A stretch of 64,000 nucleotides of DNA from NCBI GenBank assembly GCA_963760615.1, contig CAVXDX010000004.1, positions 78,223-142,222 of the forward strand, written 5' to 3'. How positions within the stretch are numbered: the stretch's first letter is position 1; every line of letters starts with the position of its first letter. The notes under the pieces are model-generated. The model was not told the DNA's origin. It did not search any database and saw nothing but the letters and a program-made list of their open reading frames with translations. Position numbers and translations under genes: made by a program. Shown piece by piece: positions 9,330 to 18,833 of the stretch. This stretch comes from an uncultured Candidatus Micrarchaeota archaeon (GTDB lineage Archaea; Micrarchaeota; Micrarchaeia; Burarchaeales; Fermentimicrarchaeaceae).

Positions 9330-10192
9330 GATGGTGCGCATTCATACTATCAGTTTTACTCATATCAGCCTTCTGCCATTCTTTCTTGATAGACCCCAGC
9401 GTGATAGCAGATGGAATCTCCCAGCTGGTTGTAAAGATGGTCAACGCCACTCTCTCATTCATGATAGATACAATAAACTTCTTCCTATCCTATAACCCCC
9501 AGGTAGGCGACGAGTTTGTGCCGCTTCACACCCAAGTCCTCAAGCTGCTCGTCCCCTTCTACCTCCTCATAGTCAGCTGGAATGGCATACAGATAATGAC
9601 AAGCGATGTTCTATCCAATCAGGCGAATGCACGCCTAACACTGCAGAATACCCTCTTGAGCATGATGCTTGTAGCCTTCTCACTCCCAATATACAAAATT
9701 ATTGTAAACCTCGCGCAGTTTGCCACCTCATTCTTTACCACTATACCTCTTAAAGAGCCTACCTTGGCAGCTGGTGCGGCAACCATAATGCTCTTCCTTT
9801 TCATGACACTGGAGCTTTGGATTTTCCTGCTTTTCCTACTGGTGCGCTTTATGTTCGTATCTGTCGGTGTCGTCCTCTTCCCACTAGGCCTTTTCCTGTA
9901 TTTCTTTGGCTATACCCAGAAATACGGCAAGATGATAATATCGCTGACGGTATTCTTCCTGTTTGTGCAGGTAATCATCTCACTGGTGTTCTCAGTGTTC
10001 GGCATCATGCTGACAACTCCGGTAGAGTCATCTGGCCTAGGCGCAATTAACGAGAGCCTGTACAGAGTTCTCATACTGATTGGTGCTGTGCTTATATCAC
10101 TCATGACCGCCCTCTTGATTCTCCTGAGAATAGTCTTTGATATAATACCGCCCAAGGCAATAGCTACTGGCTTAATCTTGGCGTCAGCCTGA
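9317..10192 (+). CDS. Polytopic membrane protein, weakly VirB6/TrbL-like
   Basis: About 7 hydrophobic segments; the PFYLLIVSWNGIQIMTSD...ANARLTLQNTLLSMMLVAFSLPIY helix-turn-helix pattern resembles T4SS pilin/VirB6 N-termini. Confidence 0.45.
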   Translation: MESMRWCAFILSVLLISAFCHSFLIDPSVIADGISQLVVKMVNATLSFMIDTINFFLSYNPQVGDEFVPLHTQVLKLLVPFYLLIVSWNGIQIMTSDVLSNQANARLTLQNTLLSMMLVAFSLPIYKIIVNLAQFATSFFTTIPLKEPTLAAGAATIMLFLFMTLELWIFLLFLLVRFMFVSVGVVLFPLGLFLYFFGYTQKYGKMIISLTVFFLFVQVIISLVFSVFGIMLTTPVESSGLGAINESLYRVLILIGAVLISLMTALLILLRIVFDIIPPKAIATGLILASA

Positions 10193-10238
10193 AAAACGCT
10201 GTAAGCGTTAAAAAGAGTTAGCAATAAATGTTGTATAT

Positions 10239-11597
10239 ATGGCAAAATACTTCGGGACGTATGGGATACGGGGAAAGCTTGATACGCTTACACCTGAGTT
10301 TGCCCTGAGGATGAGCTCTGCATTCGGCAGCCATATAAAAGGAGGCAAGGTGCTCGTGGGAAGGGATGCGCGCCTCAGCGGCGAGATGCTGGAGCATGCA
10401 GTCGTTGCCGGTCTCATCAGCTCAGGATGCAAGGTTCTCAATCTTGGTATTGTGCCACTCCCAACTCTGGAGTTTGAGATAAGGAAGCTCCCGGCAGCTG
10501 GAGGTGTGATGATAACTGCATCCCACAACCCGCCGGAATGGAACGGGCTTAAATTTGCCGATGGTGACGGCATAGGTATTTCAAAGGAGGAGGGAGAAGA
10601 GATTGAGAGAGTTTTTGAAAGAGGGGGATTCAAGAAAGCGGAGTGGAACCAGCTGAACAGGGCGGAGGATTACTCGCTTGCACTGGGGGAGCATGCTGAT
10701 GCTCTTAGGAAAATAATCGAGAGGAGGCACATCCTTAAGGAATCGCCAAGGGTTGTGCTGGACTGCGGGAATGGAACTGCGAGTCTCATTGCGCCTAAGA
10801 TTTTCAAGGAGCTGGGCTGCAGAGTCACAACGCTCAACTCGCAGATTGACGGCTCCTTCCCAGGCAGGAACTCCGAGCCCACGCAGCAGAACCTCCAGGA
10901 ACTCATGAAAGCCGTTGTCGCGCTGAAAGCCGATGTGGGAATCGCGTGGGATGGGGATGCAGACAGGGTCATATTCATAGATGAGAAGGGCGGTTACATC
11001 TACGGTGACAAGAGCTTTGCCCTGTGCGTGGATATTGCCCTGCGGCAGAGGAAAGGCGCTGTTGTCACAACCGTCGCGACAAGCAATGCAATTGCGGATA
11101 TTGCAAATGAAAGGGGAGGTTCAATAGAGTATGTAAAGGTTGGTGGCCCCTACCTCTCGAGAAGGGCAAAGGAGCTCAACGCGGTCATAGCAGGGGAGGA
11201 AGCTGGAGGAGTCATCTGGCCAGAGGTGCATCTTGGGAAGGATGGGTTTGTAACTGCATTGAAGATTCTTGAGAGGATGTGCAAGGATGGCAGGCCACTC
11301 TCATCACTCATAGCGGACATGCCCAGCTACTACAACTCTAAAACAAAGCTGGAATGCCCTGCAAACAGGAAGCAGGCAGTGCTGAAGAAGTTCAAGGAGA
11401 AAGTAAGGAAAGATGGCAAAATTAACGACATGGATGGGATGAGAATTGACTTTGGTGATTCGTGGGTCATCCTTCGTGCATCGGGCACGGAGGACCTCAT
11501 GAGAATCTTTGCAGAAGCCAGGAGCCAGAAGAAGGCTGATGAGATACTGCGAAAGTATAAAAGAATAGTTGAGAAAGTGGTATCCTCACGCAATTAA
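10239..11597 (+). CDS. glmM: Phosphoglucosamine mutase / phosphomannomutase (alpha-D-phosphohexomutase)
   Basis: FGTYGIRG, ITASHNP (phosphoserine), DGDADR metal loop, GEEAGG, RASGTE. Confidence 0.9.
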   Translation: MAKYFGTYGIRGKLDTLTPEFALRMSSAFGSHIKGGKVLVGRDARLSGEMLEHAVVAGLISSGCKVLNLGIVPLPTLEFEIRKLPAAGGVMITASHNPPEWNGLKFADGDGIGISKEEGEEIERVFERGGFKKAEWNQLNRAEDYSLALGEHADALRKIIERRHILKESPRVVLDCGNGTASLIAPKIFKELGCRVTTLNSQIDGSFPGRNSEPTQQNLQELMKAVVALKADVGIAWDGDADRVIFIDEKGGYIYGDKSFALCVDIALRQRKGAVVTTVATSNAIADIANERGGSIEYVKVGGPYLSRRAKELNAVIAGEEAGGVIWPEVHLGKDGFVTALKILERMCKDGRPLSSLIADMPSYYNSKTKLECPANRKQAVLKKFKEKVRKDGKINDMDGMRIDFGDSWVILRASGTEDLMRIFAEARSQKKADEILRKYKRIVEKVVSSRN

Positions 11598-11737
11598 ACG
11601 TTGTGTTTTCAGCGGCTTTGCACATAAATTAGGGTCTGCACCTAATCTAACCACCGCACATAAATTGATCAACAATCACTCGCAAGTCGGAGAGAACCCA
11701 GTTTGGTTCCTTCTGCCTTCCTGCTTTGGCTTGAGAA

Positions 11738-12970
11738 TTATTTCACCGTTAGTGTCTTCTTTCCAATAGATCCTTCAATAGATTCTTTGATTCTTTCTTC
11801 TGCTGGCTTTACTGGAACTCCTAGCCTGCGGTCTATCTCCTTCAGTGCTTTATGTGCATCCTCCAGGTCCCATCTTAGCTCATCTGAAGTTGCCCCTTTG
11901 TTTTTTTCTATGAATGCCTCAATCTCCTTTTTGGAATCCTTCCCGCCAATCTTGCCCAGGGCTTCGAATGAGAAGCCCTTTCTGTCAGTCGTTATATGCA
12001 TCAGCCGGATTGCGGCAGCCTCGTATTCCTTGTTGTCTGGGTTCCCGCAGTTGCCCAGAACTTCGAGAACGTTCCTCTCGTTTAGTGCGAAACCCAGGGA
12101 TTTCTTGAACTCGGCAGCTGCGTAGTTGAACTTGGCTTTTTCAATAGACTCCGCAGCATCGTCAATGGCTTTCAGATATTCCAGGATTTTTTTGGCAGCA
12201 GGCTCCCATTTCAGGTACGCAAATGTATCCATTGCATTCTCCACTTCCCTCTCTTTCAGGCTGTTTTCCATCACGGAAAGGTAGTGCTCCCCCACCTTCT
12301 TTTTTGCTTCTGCATCCCCTGTCCTTTCAATCGCTTGGGCAGCTGGCCGTCTAATCTCATAGTTATCGCTGAAGGCTGCTTGAAGCGCCTTGTCAGCCAC
12401 TGCCTTCTTCACTTCCTTCGGCATATCGGAGTAATCAACACTCGCAAAAAGCTCAAGTATGTACTTTTTAGTACCTTCCAACACTCTTGTGTCATAAACA
12501 GACAGCGCCTCTTTCACTGCCTTATCCTTTCGCTTCGGGTCGACTGCATTTATCATATTTTCGTGTGATAGAATGTCGAGGCATCCTACAGGAATGCTGA
12601 AATAAGTATAATTACCAAACCAGTCAAACGGACTATGGAGACCGTCTAGGATTCTCTTGTCCTCCTTGCTTTCATTCTCGCTAATGCCGGCAATTAATGC
12701 ATCAAAAATAGCTTCCTTTGATTTTTTTGAGAGTGACCCCGGAACCTTGGCATCTTGTTCTACCATCGCATAAAAAATTCTAATAATCTTGTACCTATCC
12801 TCCTGCTCACTCTTAAAAAAGTCCGAGAATGGTTTAGTTATCTTATCCGCATCCTGAACTAGTTTTTCAGCATCTTCACTATGAAAAAAGGATTCAACCG
12901 TATTATAATACAAATGAACATCAGTATGAACATCATAGGGAGCCATAGTATCACCAACTAAATTGCTCAT
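11738..12970 (-). CDS. Alpha-helical HEAT/PBS-lyase-like repeat protein
   Basis: IRRPAAQAIERTGD, VLEVLGNCGN and FEALGKIGG repeat-like helices. Confidence 0.55.
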   Translation of the reverse strand: MSNLVGDTMAPYDVHTDVHLYYNTVESFFHSEDAEKLVQDADKITKPFSDFFKSEQEDRYKIIRIFYAMVEQDAKVPGSLSKKSKEAIFDALIAGISENESKEDKRILDGLHSPFDWFGNYTYFSIPVGCLDILSHENMINAVDPKRKDKAVKEALSVYDTRVLEGTKKYILELFASVDYSDMPKEVKKAVADKALQAAFSDNYEIRRPAAQAIERTGDAEAKKKVGEHYLSVMENSLKEREVENAMDTFAYLKWEPAAKKILEYLKAIDDAAESIEKAKFNYAAAEFKKSLGFALNERNVLEVLGNCGNPDNKEYEAAAIRLMHITTDRKGFSFEALGKIGGKDSKKEIEAFIEKNKGATSDELRWDLEDAHKALKEIDRRLGVPVKPAEERIKESIEGSIGKKTLTVK

Positions 12971-13175
12971 TTTCGGTATTTAAACATAAGCCAAAGAAAT
13001 GCGTTGTAGCACAACTCTCTCAGAGAGGGTGGCTTTCCAGTGAATATAACCCAACAGTTGTTAGTAACTTATTGTGAAATATTTTTACATCCCGCAGATT
13101 CTGGATGACTGCATCCTTCAGAGCAGAGCAGGCAAATATTTATACCTATCCAACCATATCATCCTTTGTGATGAC

Positions 13176-13883
13176 ATGAAGACAATTGTATTGTGCGGCG
13201 GCAGGGGAACACGGCTGAGGCCGTATACGTACTCCATACCGAAGCCAATGCTGCCCCTGGGCACAAAGCCCATACTGGAGTTCGTGATAACCAACCTCAG
13301 GAGTCATGGTTTCAGGGATATTTACCTCACAGTTGGCTATCTCAAACACCAGATAATGCAGTATTTCGGGGATGGGAGCAAGTTCGGTGTTAACATAAAA
13401 TACTTCATAGAGGATGATACAGAGCGCAACACAGCAGGCTCAATACTGCCCTGCATGGAATGCCTGGATAGCACCTTCCTGGTTGTGATGGGAGACCACC
13501 TCACCTCCCTAGACCCGCAGAAGCTTGCCAGTTTCCATAAGAAAAAAAGAGCTATGGCAACTATAGCGTTGAAGAAGACAGGAGTTCCTCTGGAGTATGG
13601 CGTAGCGCATATTGATGAGGACAGCAAGATAGAGAAATTTGAGGAGAAGCCGATAGTGCAGAACCTCATAAATGCAGGCATGTACTGCTTCGAGCCAGAG
13701 GTGTTCCACTACATAAAGGATGGCTATGACTTTGCTCGGGATGTCTTCCCAAAACTGCTTAAGGATAGGAAGAAGGTTTACGGCTACATATTCGACGAAT
13801 ACTGGATAGACATAGGGAGAGTTCCGGACTACGAGCAGCTCAACCGGATAATAAGCATAGTGGATTTGGTAACTCGCAAGTAG
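13176..13883 (+). CDS. Sugar-1-phosphate nucleotidyltransferase (NDP-sugar pyrophosphorylase)
   Basis: LCGGRGTRLRPYT, PKPML, FEEKP and WIDIG motifs; start moved to ATG 13176. Confidence 0.92.
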   Translation: MKTIVLCGGRGTRLRPYTYSIPKPMLPLGTKPILEFVITNLRSHGFRDIYLTVGYLKHQIMQYFGDGSKFGVNIKYFIEDDTERNTAGSILPCMECLDSTFLVVMGDHLTSLDPQKLASFHKKKRAMATIALKKTGVPLEYGVAHIDEDSKIEKFEEKPIVQNLINAGMYCFEPEVFHYIKDGYDFARDVFPKLLKDRKKVYGYIFDEYWIDIGRVPDYEQLNRIISIVDLVTRK

Positions 13884-13884
13884 T

Positions 13885-14907
13885 CTACCAGTATACGCTC
13901 CACACAGCCAGGGCACCGAATAATGCTTGGAAAGCCAAAAGTATAACAACAAGCTGCTTCTCTGTCGGGTGAATCGTCTTCATGAGCACGTGGGTGAGGG
14001 AGTATACCTTTCCGTTGTAATGCAGCCTGCCGTTTTTGCCAACTCTCCCAAAGTTCTCAGCCGAGAAGCCGGAGCTCCTCGCCTTTAGGAGGAACTCAAT
14101 TATCTGCGGAGTCAGGCTTATCACCCCAATCCTCTCCATATTCCCGGTCACGACCGCAGCAACTACAGTTGCGCCTATCATGTAAGTCGCAATATTCCCA
14201 GGGAATACCCTTGCAGGATACCAGTTGAAGAACAGGAATGCAAGGCATGCACCAAACAGTGCAATCATGAGGAAGCTCGCCTCTGCAGTGTGCAGCCCCA
14301 TGCTTCCAAGCAGAATGCTTGCTGTGAATATGGAGAAGGAGATGATGGCGCCAGCACCGGCCTCTAGCCCGTTGAATCCCGCAAGCAGGTTCACGAGGTT
14401 CGAGCATGCTATGACTCCAATGGGTATAAGCAAGAGGGAGTACAGGCTTATATCCATAGGCCCTAGCAATGGAAAATAGTAAACACCGAGGTTGAAGTTC
14501 ACTGTGAAGAAGATGAAGTTCATGGTTGACATACCTGCTTTGGTAACCATGAGGGGAATTGCCGCGAAGAGGGGAAGCAGAACCCTGTACCTGTCGGGCA
14601 CATCAAGTATGTCGTCAAGAAGACCCATCACAGCTATTAGCGTTATCGAGCATATGGCGGCAAGCATGTATTCATGGTTGATGCCCTTAGAGTAGAGCTG
14701 CAGGGAGAGGAGGACAGCTATAGAGAAGCCCAGCAGAATGGCAACCCCACCGATCTTAGGTATTTGGGGTCTGTCCGCCTTGTTCGCATCCGCCCCAGTT
14801 ATCCCCTGCTCCTTACTCCTCCTTGCAACCTTTGGCGTTATGAAATACACAACAATAAAGCTCACAAGGAAGACAATTGCGCATGCAGGAATGAGTTCTA
14901 TGTTCAT
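13885..14907 (-). CDS. UDP-GlcNAc:dolichyl-phosphate GlcNAc-1-phosphotransferase (GPT/AglH; MraY family)
   Basis: IPKIGG, GLLDDILD, NLVNLLAGFNGLE, YPARVFPGN; about 10 TM helices. Confidence 0.92.
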   Translation of the reverse strand: MNIELIPACAIVFLVSFIVVYFITPKVARRSKEQGITGADANKADRPQIPKIGGVAILLGFSIAVLLSLQLYSKGINHEYMLAAICSITLIAVMGLLDDILDVPDRYRVLLPLFAAIPLMVTKAGMSTMNFIFFTVNFNLGVYYFPLLGPMDISLYSLLLIPIGVIACSNLVNLLAGFNGLEAGAGAIISFSIFTASILLGSMGLHTAEASFLMIALFGACLAFLFFNWYPARVFPGNIATYMIGATVVAAVVTGNMERIGVISLTPQIIEFLLKARSSGFSAENFGRVGKNGRLHYNGKVYSLTHVLMKTIHPTEKQLVVILLAFQALFGALAVWSVYW

Positions 14908-16685
14908 TTGACTGCCTCGTATACCTTTATCTCACCGCTGTCTGAATTATAAACCAGCTTCAGCCCGTCTACCTGTTCGAAGAACAGCTTGAAAAGGTTC
15001 ACCTTGTAGTTGTCCTGAGGGTATACGAGCCTACCGCTCCCAAGCATCAGGAAATTCTTAAGCGAAACCAGCCTGGCGCTCCCATCCCTTGTCACAACTC
15101 TCACGTTCCCCTGAACTGGGTTACCGCTGAGGGGGTCAATCTGCATGTAGGCAACTGCGCCATCCCCTGCCACGAATATGGCGTACAGATTCCCATTATT
15201 ATCCTTGGCAGATCCGTAGAATCTGAAGGACTCAATCCTAACCCTTGTGTTGTTTGCCGCTGCCTTGAGAACCTCAATATTGTCAAACAGCGAACTGTCA
15301 ACCACCAGGTGGGTAACATTCCTCTCCTTCAAAAATTCTGTGGATTCATTAGAGAGAATGAAACGCGCGAATTCGGTGTCATTTGAATAGCTCCTCCTAC
15401 CTGTTGTGAACTCAAGCATGGGTGAAACCCCGAATGCCCACAGGGTTGCATTCTCCGGCAGGTTGTCCGCAGTCCAGTTCATCAGCTCGTCAGCCCCCGT
15501 TCCAGTAATATCCTGCCGCTGTGACACGCTTATCATGGCTGCGCTTACAGAAGAGAAGAGGAAGAGCGCCATGACCGAGAATGCAATGTACGCGACAACT
15601 CTCCTTTCGCGGTACAGCGAAGCTATGAAAACAGAAGTCAGTGCAACTCCTGCGGAAGCAATCAGCGACTGGGTCGTTTCAAGAAAGTTCACGGAGAACA
15701 GAAATGAAACGAAGAAGAGAGTGCCTGCGAATAGGGCTAGCGCAAGATACTCATTCTTCAGCTCAAGCAACTCATTTATGGCGAATGCTGAGAACAGTGC
15801 AATGCCAAATGCTGCTGGGAAGTAATTGAAGGGCACCACCGGCAGGGAGAGGATGAAGATGAATGCAGCGAATACTCCAAACTCGCTCCTTCTCCTATGC
15901 TTCCCGGCAATCCATGAAAGAAATGCAAATGCACCTACAAGGGCAAGGGGCGCGCCAAGGAAGTATGCCACGAAGTTTGTTGTTTTCATACTGCCAAAAA
16001 CATTCTCTTGGGGGACGGTGAAATAGACAAGAAGGAAAGTCGTGAGTGTTGCCACAACTCCGTGGGCAAGAGCCTCATCGAACTTCCTCCTCCAGCTGTA
16101 AAGCAGCTGGGCAAGGAGTGAGAGCAGGAAGACTCCAATCATGATAAACCCAACCTGCCAGCTCATCCCGGATATGAGGAAAAGCACTGCCGAAGCAAGC
16201 AGGAAAAGGTAGTTCCTCCTGCTGTAGAACATAAAGAAGGCGGAGCATGCCAGCGTGAAGAGGCACATCCCCAGAGCGTCTGCATAATACGTACCGGAGC
16301 CCATAATGAAGATGAAGGGTTGGGAAGATGCCAGAAGAATGGCACCTCCTGCAGCTGCTATATCCGAGAACATGCTCTTCAGCATGAAGTAGAATGATGC
16401 AATAGAGAGAAGCGAGAAAATTATGGGAAGAGCTTTTGCTATGCTGAGCATGAGGTTCGCGTTGAATTCCGTGCTTCCCGAGCTTAGAATTTGGTATATG
16501 AATGCAGTGAGCTGGTACAGCACAGGAGTAGGGCTTGAGAGCTTACCTTCCACTGCATCTTTTGCAAGCAGCAGCTGTGAATAGGATTCCATATCGAGCA
16601 GGTGCGGGTTCATCATACTGTATGCTAACACTGAGAAAGAGAGCACGAGGATGAAGGCTAGTGTAAGTTTCTCATCATTTTCCAT
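14904..16685 (-). CDS. STT3/AglB-like GT-C membrane protein with degenerate catalytic motifs
   Basis: About 13 TM helices, then a soluble domain WTADNLPENATLWAFG...TGRRSY...ARFILS...NVTHLVVD that matches the AglB C-terminal core but has WAFG in place of WWDYG. Confidence 0.65.
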   Translation of the reverse strand: MENDEKLTLAFILVLSFSVLAYSMMNPHLLDMESYSQLLLAKDAVEGKLSSPTPVLYQLTAFIYQILSSGSTEFNANLMLSIAKALPIIFSLLSIASFYFMLKSMFSDIAAAGGAILLASSQPFIFIMGSGTYYADALGMCLFTLACSAFFMFYSRRNYLFLLASAVLFLISGMSWQVGFIMIGVFLLSLLAQLLYSWRRKFDEALAHGVVATLTTFLLVYFTVPQENVFGSMKTTNFVAYFLGAPLALVGAFAFLSWIAGKHRRRSEFGVFAAFIFILSLPVVPFNYFPAAFGIALFSAFAINELLELKNEYLALALFAGTLFFVSFLFSVNFLETTQSLIASAGVALTSVFIASLYRERRVVAYIAFSVMALFLFSSVSAAMISVSQRQDITGTGADELMNWTADNLPENATLWAFGVSPMLEFTTGRRSYSNDTEFARFILSNESTEFLKERNVTHLVVDSSLFDNIEVLKAAANNTRVRIESFRFYGSAKDNNGNLYAIFVAGDGAVAYMQIDPLSGNPVQGNVRVVTRDGSARLVSLKNFLMLGSGRLVYPQDNYKVNLFKLFFEQVDGLKLVYNSDSGEIKVYEAVK

Positions 16686-16692
16686 GCGAACT

Positions 16693-17910
16693 CTACCCCT
16701 TGCCCCTCCCTAGTCTGTCGTGGGCTTTTGCAAGATGTCCTGCAGCCAATGCAGATATTAGGCTAACCTCGCCAGCAAGAGCTGTTCCGCATGCTATCTC
16801 TGCAAACTTCCTGGCGTTGCTTCCAGGTGGTTTCCCAGGGCCGTAGCACCCCATTATCTGCAGCGCCTCCTTCTGCGTCGGGAGGTTCATCCCCCCTCCC
16901 AAAGCACCGCTCTCAATGCTTGGCATAAATATTGAGAAGTAGGCATCATCGCCCTCGTTTTCAACAGATGTTATCGCCATGGCGCTGTTCATTATCTGGG
17001 CAGGGTCCTGTCCACATGCTATGTACAAAGCAGCAATGGGATTCGCAACATGAGCGTTGAACCCCCCGAGCACGCCAGCCCTTGCGGAGCCGATGAAATT
17101 CTTGCCATAGTTCACTTCCACCATACTTCTGGGAGTTGTTTTTAGCACTTCTTTTGCAACTTTTTTCGAAATAACGACATCCGCGGTGACGCTCCTGCCC
17201 CTGCCGAGTATGAAATTGACTGCAGACGGCTTCTTGTCAGTGCACATGTTGCCGCTCAGGGCTATGCACCTTGTATCTCTATTCTCCTTCTCAATGAACT
17301 CGACAACCTTCTCAAGCCCTATGGTTATCATGTTCATTCCCATGGCATCAGAGGTGTCGCACACAAACCTGAGGAATACATGCCTGCCTGTTATGAAAGG
17401 CTGCACTTCCTTGAGCTTCAGGAACTTGTCCTGCTCCATGAGTTCCTTCAACTTGTAGAAGTTAGTGTTTGCCCAGTCCCTGAATTTCACTGCGTCAGAG
17501 ACGTTCCTCACCTTGAAGAGAGGAGCCCTTGTCATGCCCTCGTGCAGCACCCTCACATCACAGCCTCCACTCAGTGTTATTGCCCTCATACCTCTGTTGA
17601 CTGATGCAACCAATGCGCCCTCAGTCGTTGCAAGTGGAACGTAGAATTCTCCCTTTGCGTTTTCTCCATTCACCTTCAAAGGACCGGCAACTCCGACTGG
17701 AACCTGCGTAACCCCTATGGGGTTGTCAATATTCCTGTTCGTTGCAAAGTCCATGTCTATAGAGTACTTGCCCATGTGCTCCAACTTGCTGTTTGTAAGC
17801 TGCTCCAGTGCCTTTCTTCTCACCTCAACAGCCTTCCCTGCATTGGTGAACTTCTGAACATCGTGGAAGCCAACCTCTCCTTTAACAACCTTTTTTACAA
17901 GCTCATCCAT
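16693..17910 (-). CDS. hmgA: Class I HMG-CoA reductase (NADPH)
   Basis: PLATTEGALVAS, DAMGMNM, SGNMCTDKK, CGQDPAQ, GEVSLISAL...H. Confidence 0.97.
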   Translation of the reverse strand: MDELVKKVVKGEVGFHDVQKFTNAGKAVEVRRKALEQLTNSKLEHMGKYSIDMDFATNRNIDNPIGVTQVPVGVAGPLKVNGENAKGEFYVPLATTEGALVASVNRGMRAITLSGGCDVRVLHEGMTRAPLFKVRNVSDAVKFRDWANTNFYKLKELMEQDKFLKLKEVQPFITGRHVFLRFVCDTSDAMGMNMITIGLEKVVEFIEKENRDTRCIALSGNMCTDKKPSAVNFILGRGRSVTADVVISKKVAKEVLKTTPRSMVEVNYGKNFIGSARAGVLGGFNAHVANPIAALYIACGQDPAQIMNSAMAITSVENEGDDAYFSIFMPSIESGALGGGMNLPTQKEALQIMGCYGPGKPPGSNARKFAEIACGTALAGEVSLISALAAGHLAKAHDRLGRGKG

Positions 17911-18044
17911 CCAAACACCAGTATAGATTTGTCACTATATTTTTATTAATGTGCTTCTGCAGCTGCCCAACCTCCCTCATGCATCTTCTAAACATTGCTC
18001 CCATTTTATGTTACACGTAATTATTAAAAGGGCGATATAGATAT

Positions 18045-18761
18045 ATGGCTGAGAAAAACAAGAAACCTGTTGTAGTCGAGCTTGAGCTTACACACAACTG
18101 CTTCTGCACGGATGTCCCTGAGAAGATGAAGGACGGCAAAATAAAGTATATTGCATACACGGGGAGCGGCCCGCACAGCGTTTACCACCTCTTCGAGGTA
18201 AAGGCTCCTGACCTGAACAGGGTCCTTGACAAAATTAGGAGGCATCCCACCGTGAGGCAGGTGCAGATTCTCAGAAAGTCGGATAACATAGCAGAAATAC
18301 ACGTAGAGAGCGACAAAGACCCCTCTACGGCAAAGGCGCTTCTGGAAAGCAGGTCAATATTCATGGAGCCTGCCGTATATGAGGGGGGCGTTGAGAGAAT
18401 CGTGGTCATGGCCCCTTCGGATGACAGCTTCAGGCAGTTCGTCGACTCTCTTGACAAGAGCTTCAACGTCAAACTCAAGTCAAAGCACTACATACGAAAA
18501 AACGAGAAGATCTCCTTGGACTTCTTCAGGAACAGCGGTTTCCTCAAGCTGCGCGCTGCAGCGGATTTGATAACAGACAAGCAGTTGGAGGCATTCCAGC
18601 TTGCATGCAGGTACGGCTATTACGAAGAGCCAAAAAAGACTAGTTTAAAGGAGCTTGCAGAGCTGAGCGGCATAAGCGAGGCAGCGTTCAGCGAGCTTCT
18701 CAGAAAGGCGGAGAGAAAGCTGCTTCCAATTCTGGCAGATGTAATCAAAGTAGTTAAGTAA
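18045..18761 (+). CDS. Bacterio-opsin activator-type (HTH_10) transcriptional regulator
   Basis: C-terminal ITDKQLEAFQLACRYGYYEEPKKTSLKELAELSGISEAAFSELLRKAERK; divergent from hmgA. Confidence 0.88.
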   Translation: MAEKNKKPVVVELELTHNCFCTDVPEKMKDGKIKYIAYTGSGPHSVYHLFEVKAPDLNRVLDKIRRHPTVRQVQILRKSDNIAEIHVESDKDPSTAKALLESRSIFMEPAVYEGGVERIVVMAPSDDSFRQFVDSLDKSFNVKLKSKHYIRKNEKISLDFFRNSGFLKLRAAADLITDKQLEAFQLACRYGYYEEPKKTSLKELAELSGISEAAFSELLRKAERKLLPILADVIKVVK

Positions 18762-18833
18762 TTCTTATTCTGAACATACCAGTGTAGACAAGTATTAACC
18801 GTAAATCCAACCTTCACCATAAATATACCCAAG

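Noticed and set aside
11612-11623. GCGGCTTTGCAC shared by two intergenic regions (also 62436-62447), plus a local GCACATAAATT direct repeat
   Set aside because: About one 12-mer match is expected by chance among the intergenic sequence of a window this size; no shared structure or context.
12971-13175. Long intergenic region as a possible ncRNA or riboswitch
   Set aside because: Only short hairpins; no tRNA, SRP, RNase P or known riboswitch consensus; explained as divergent promoters.
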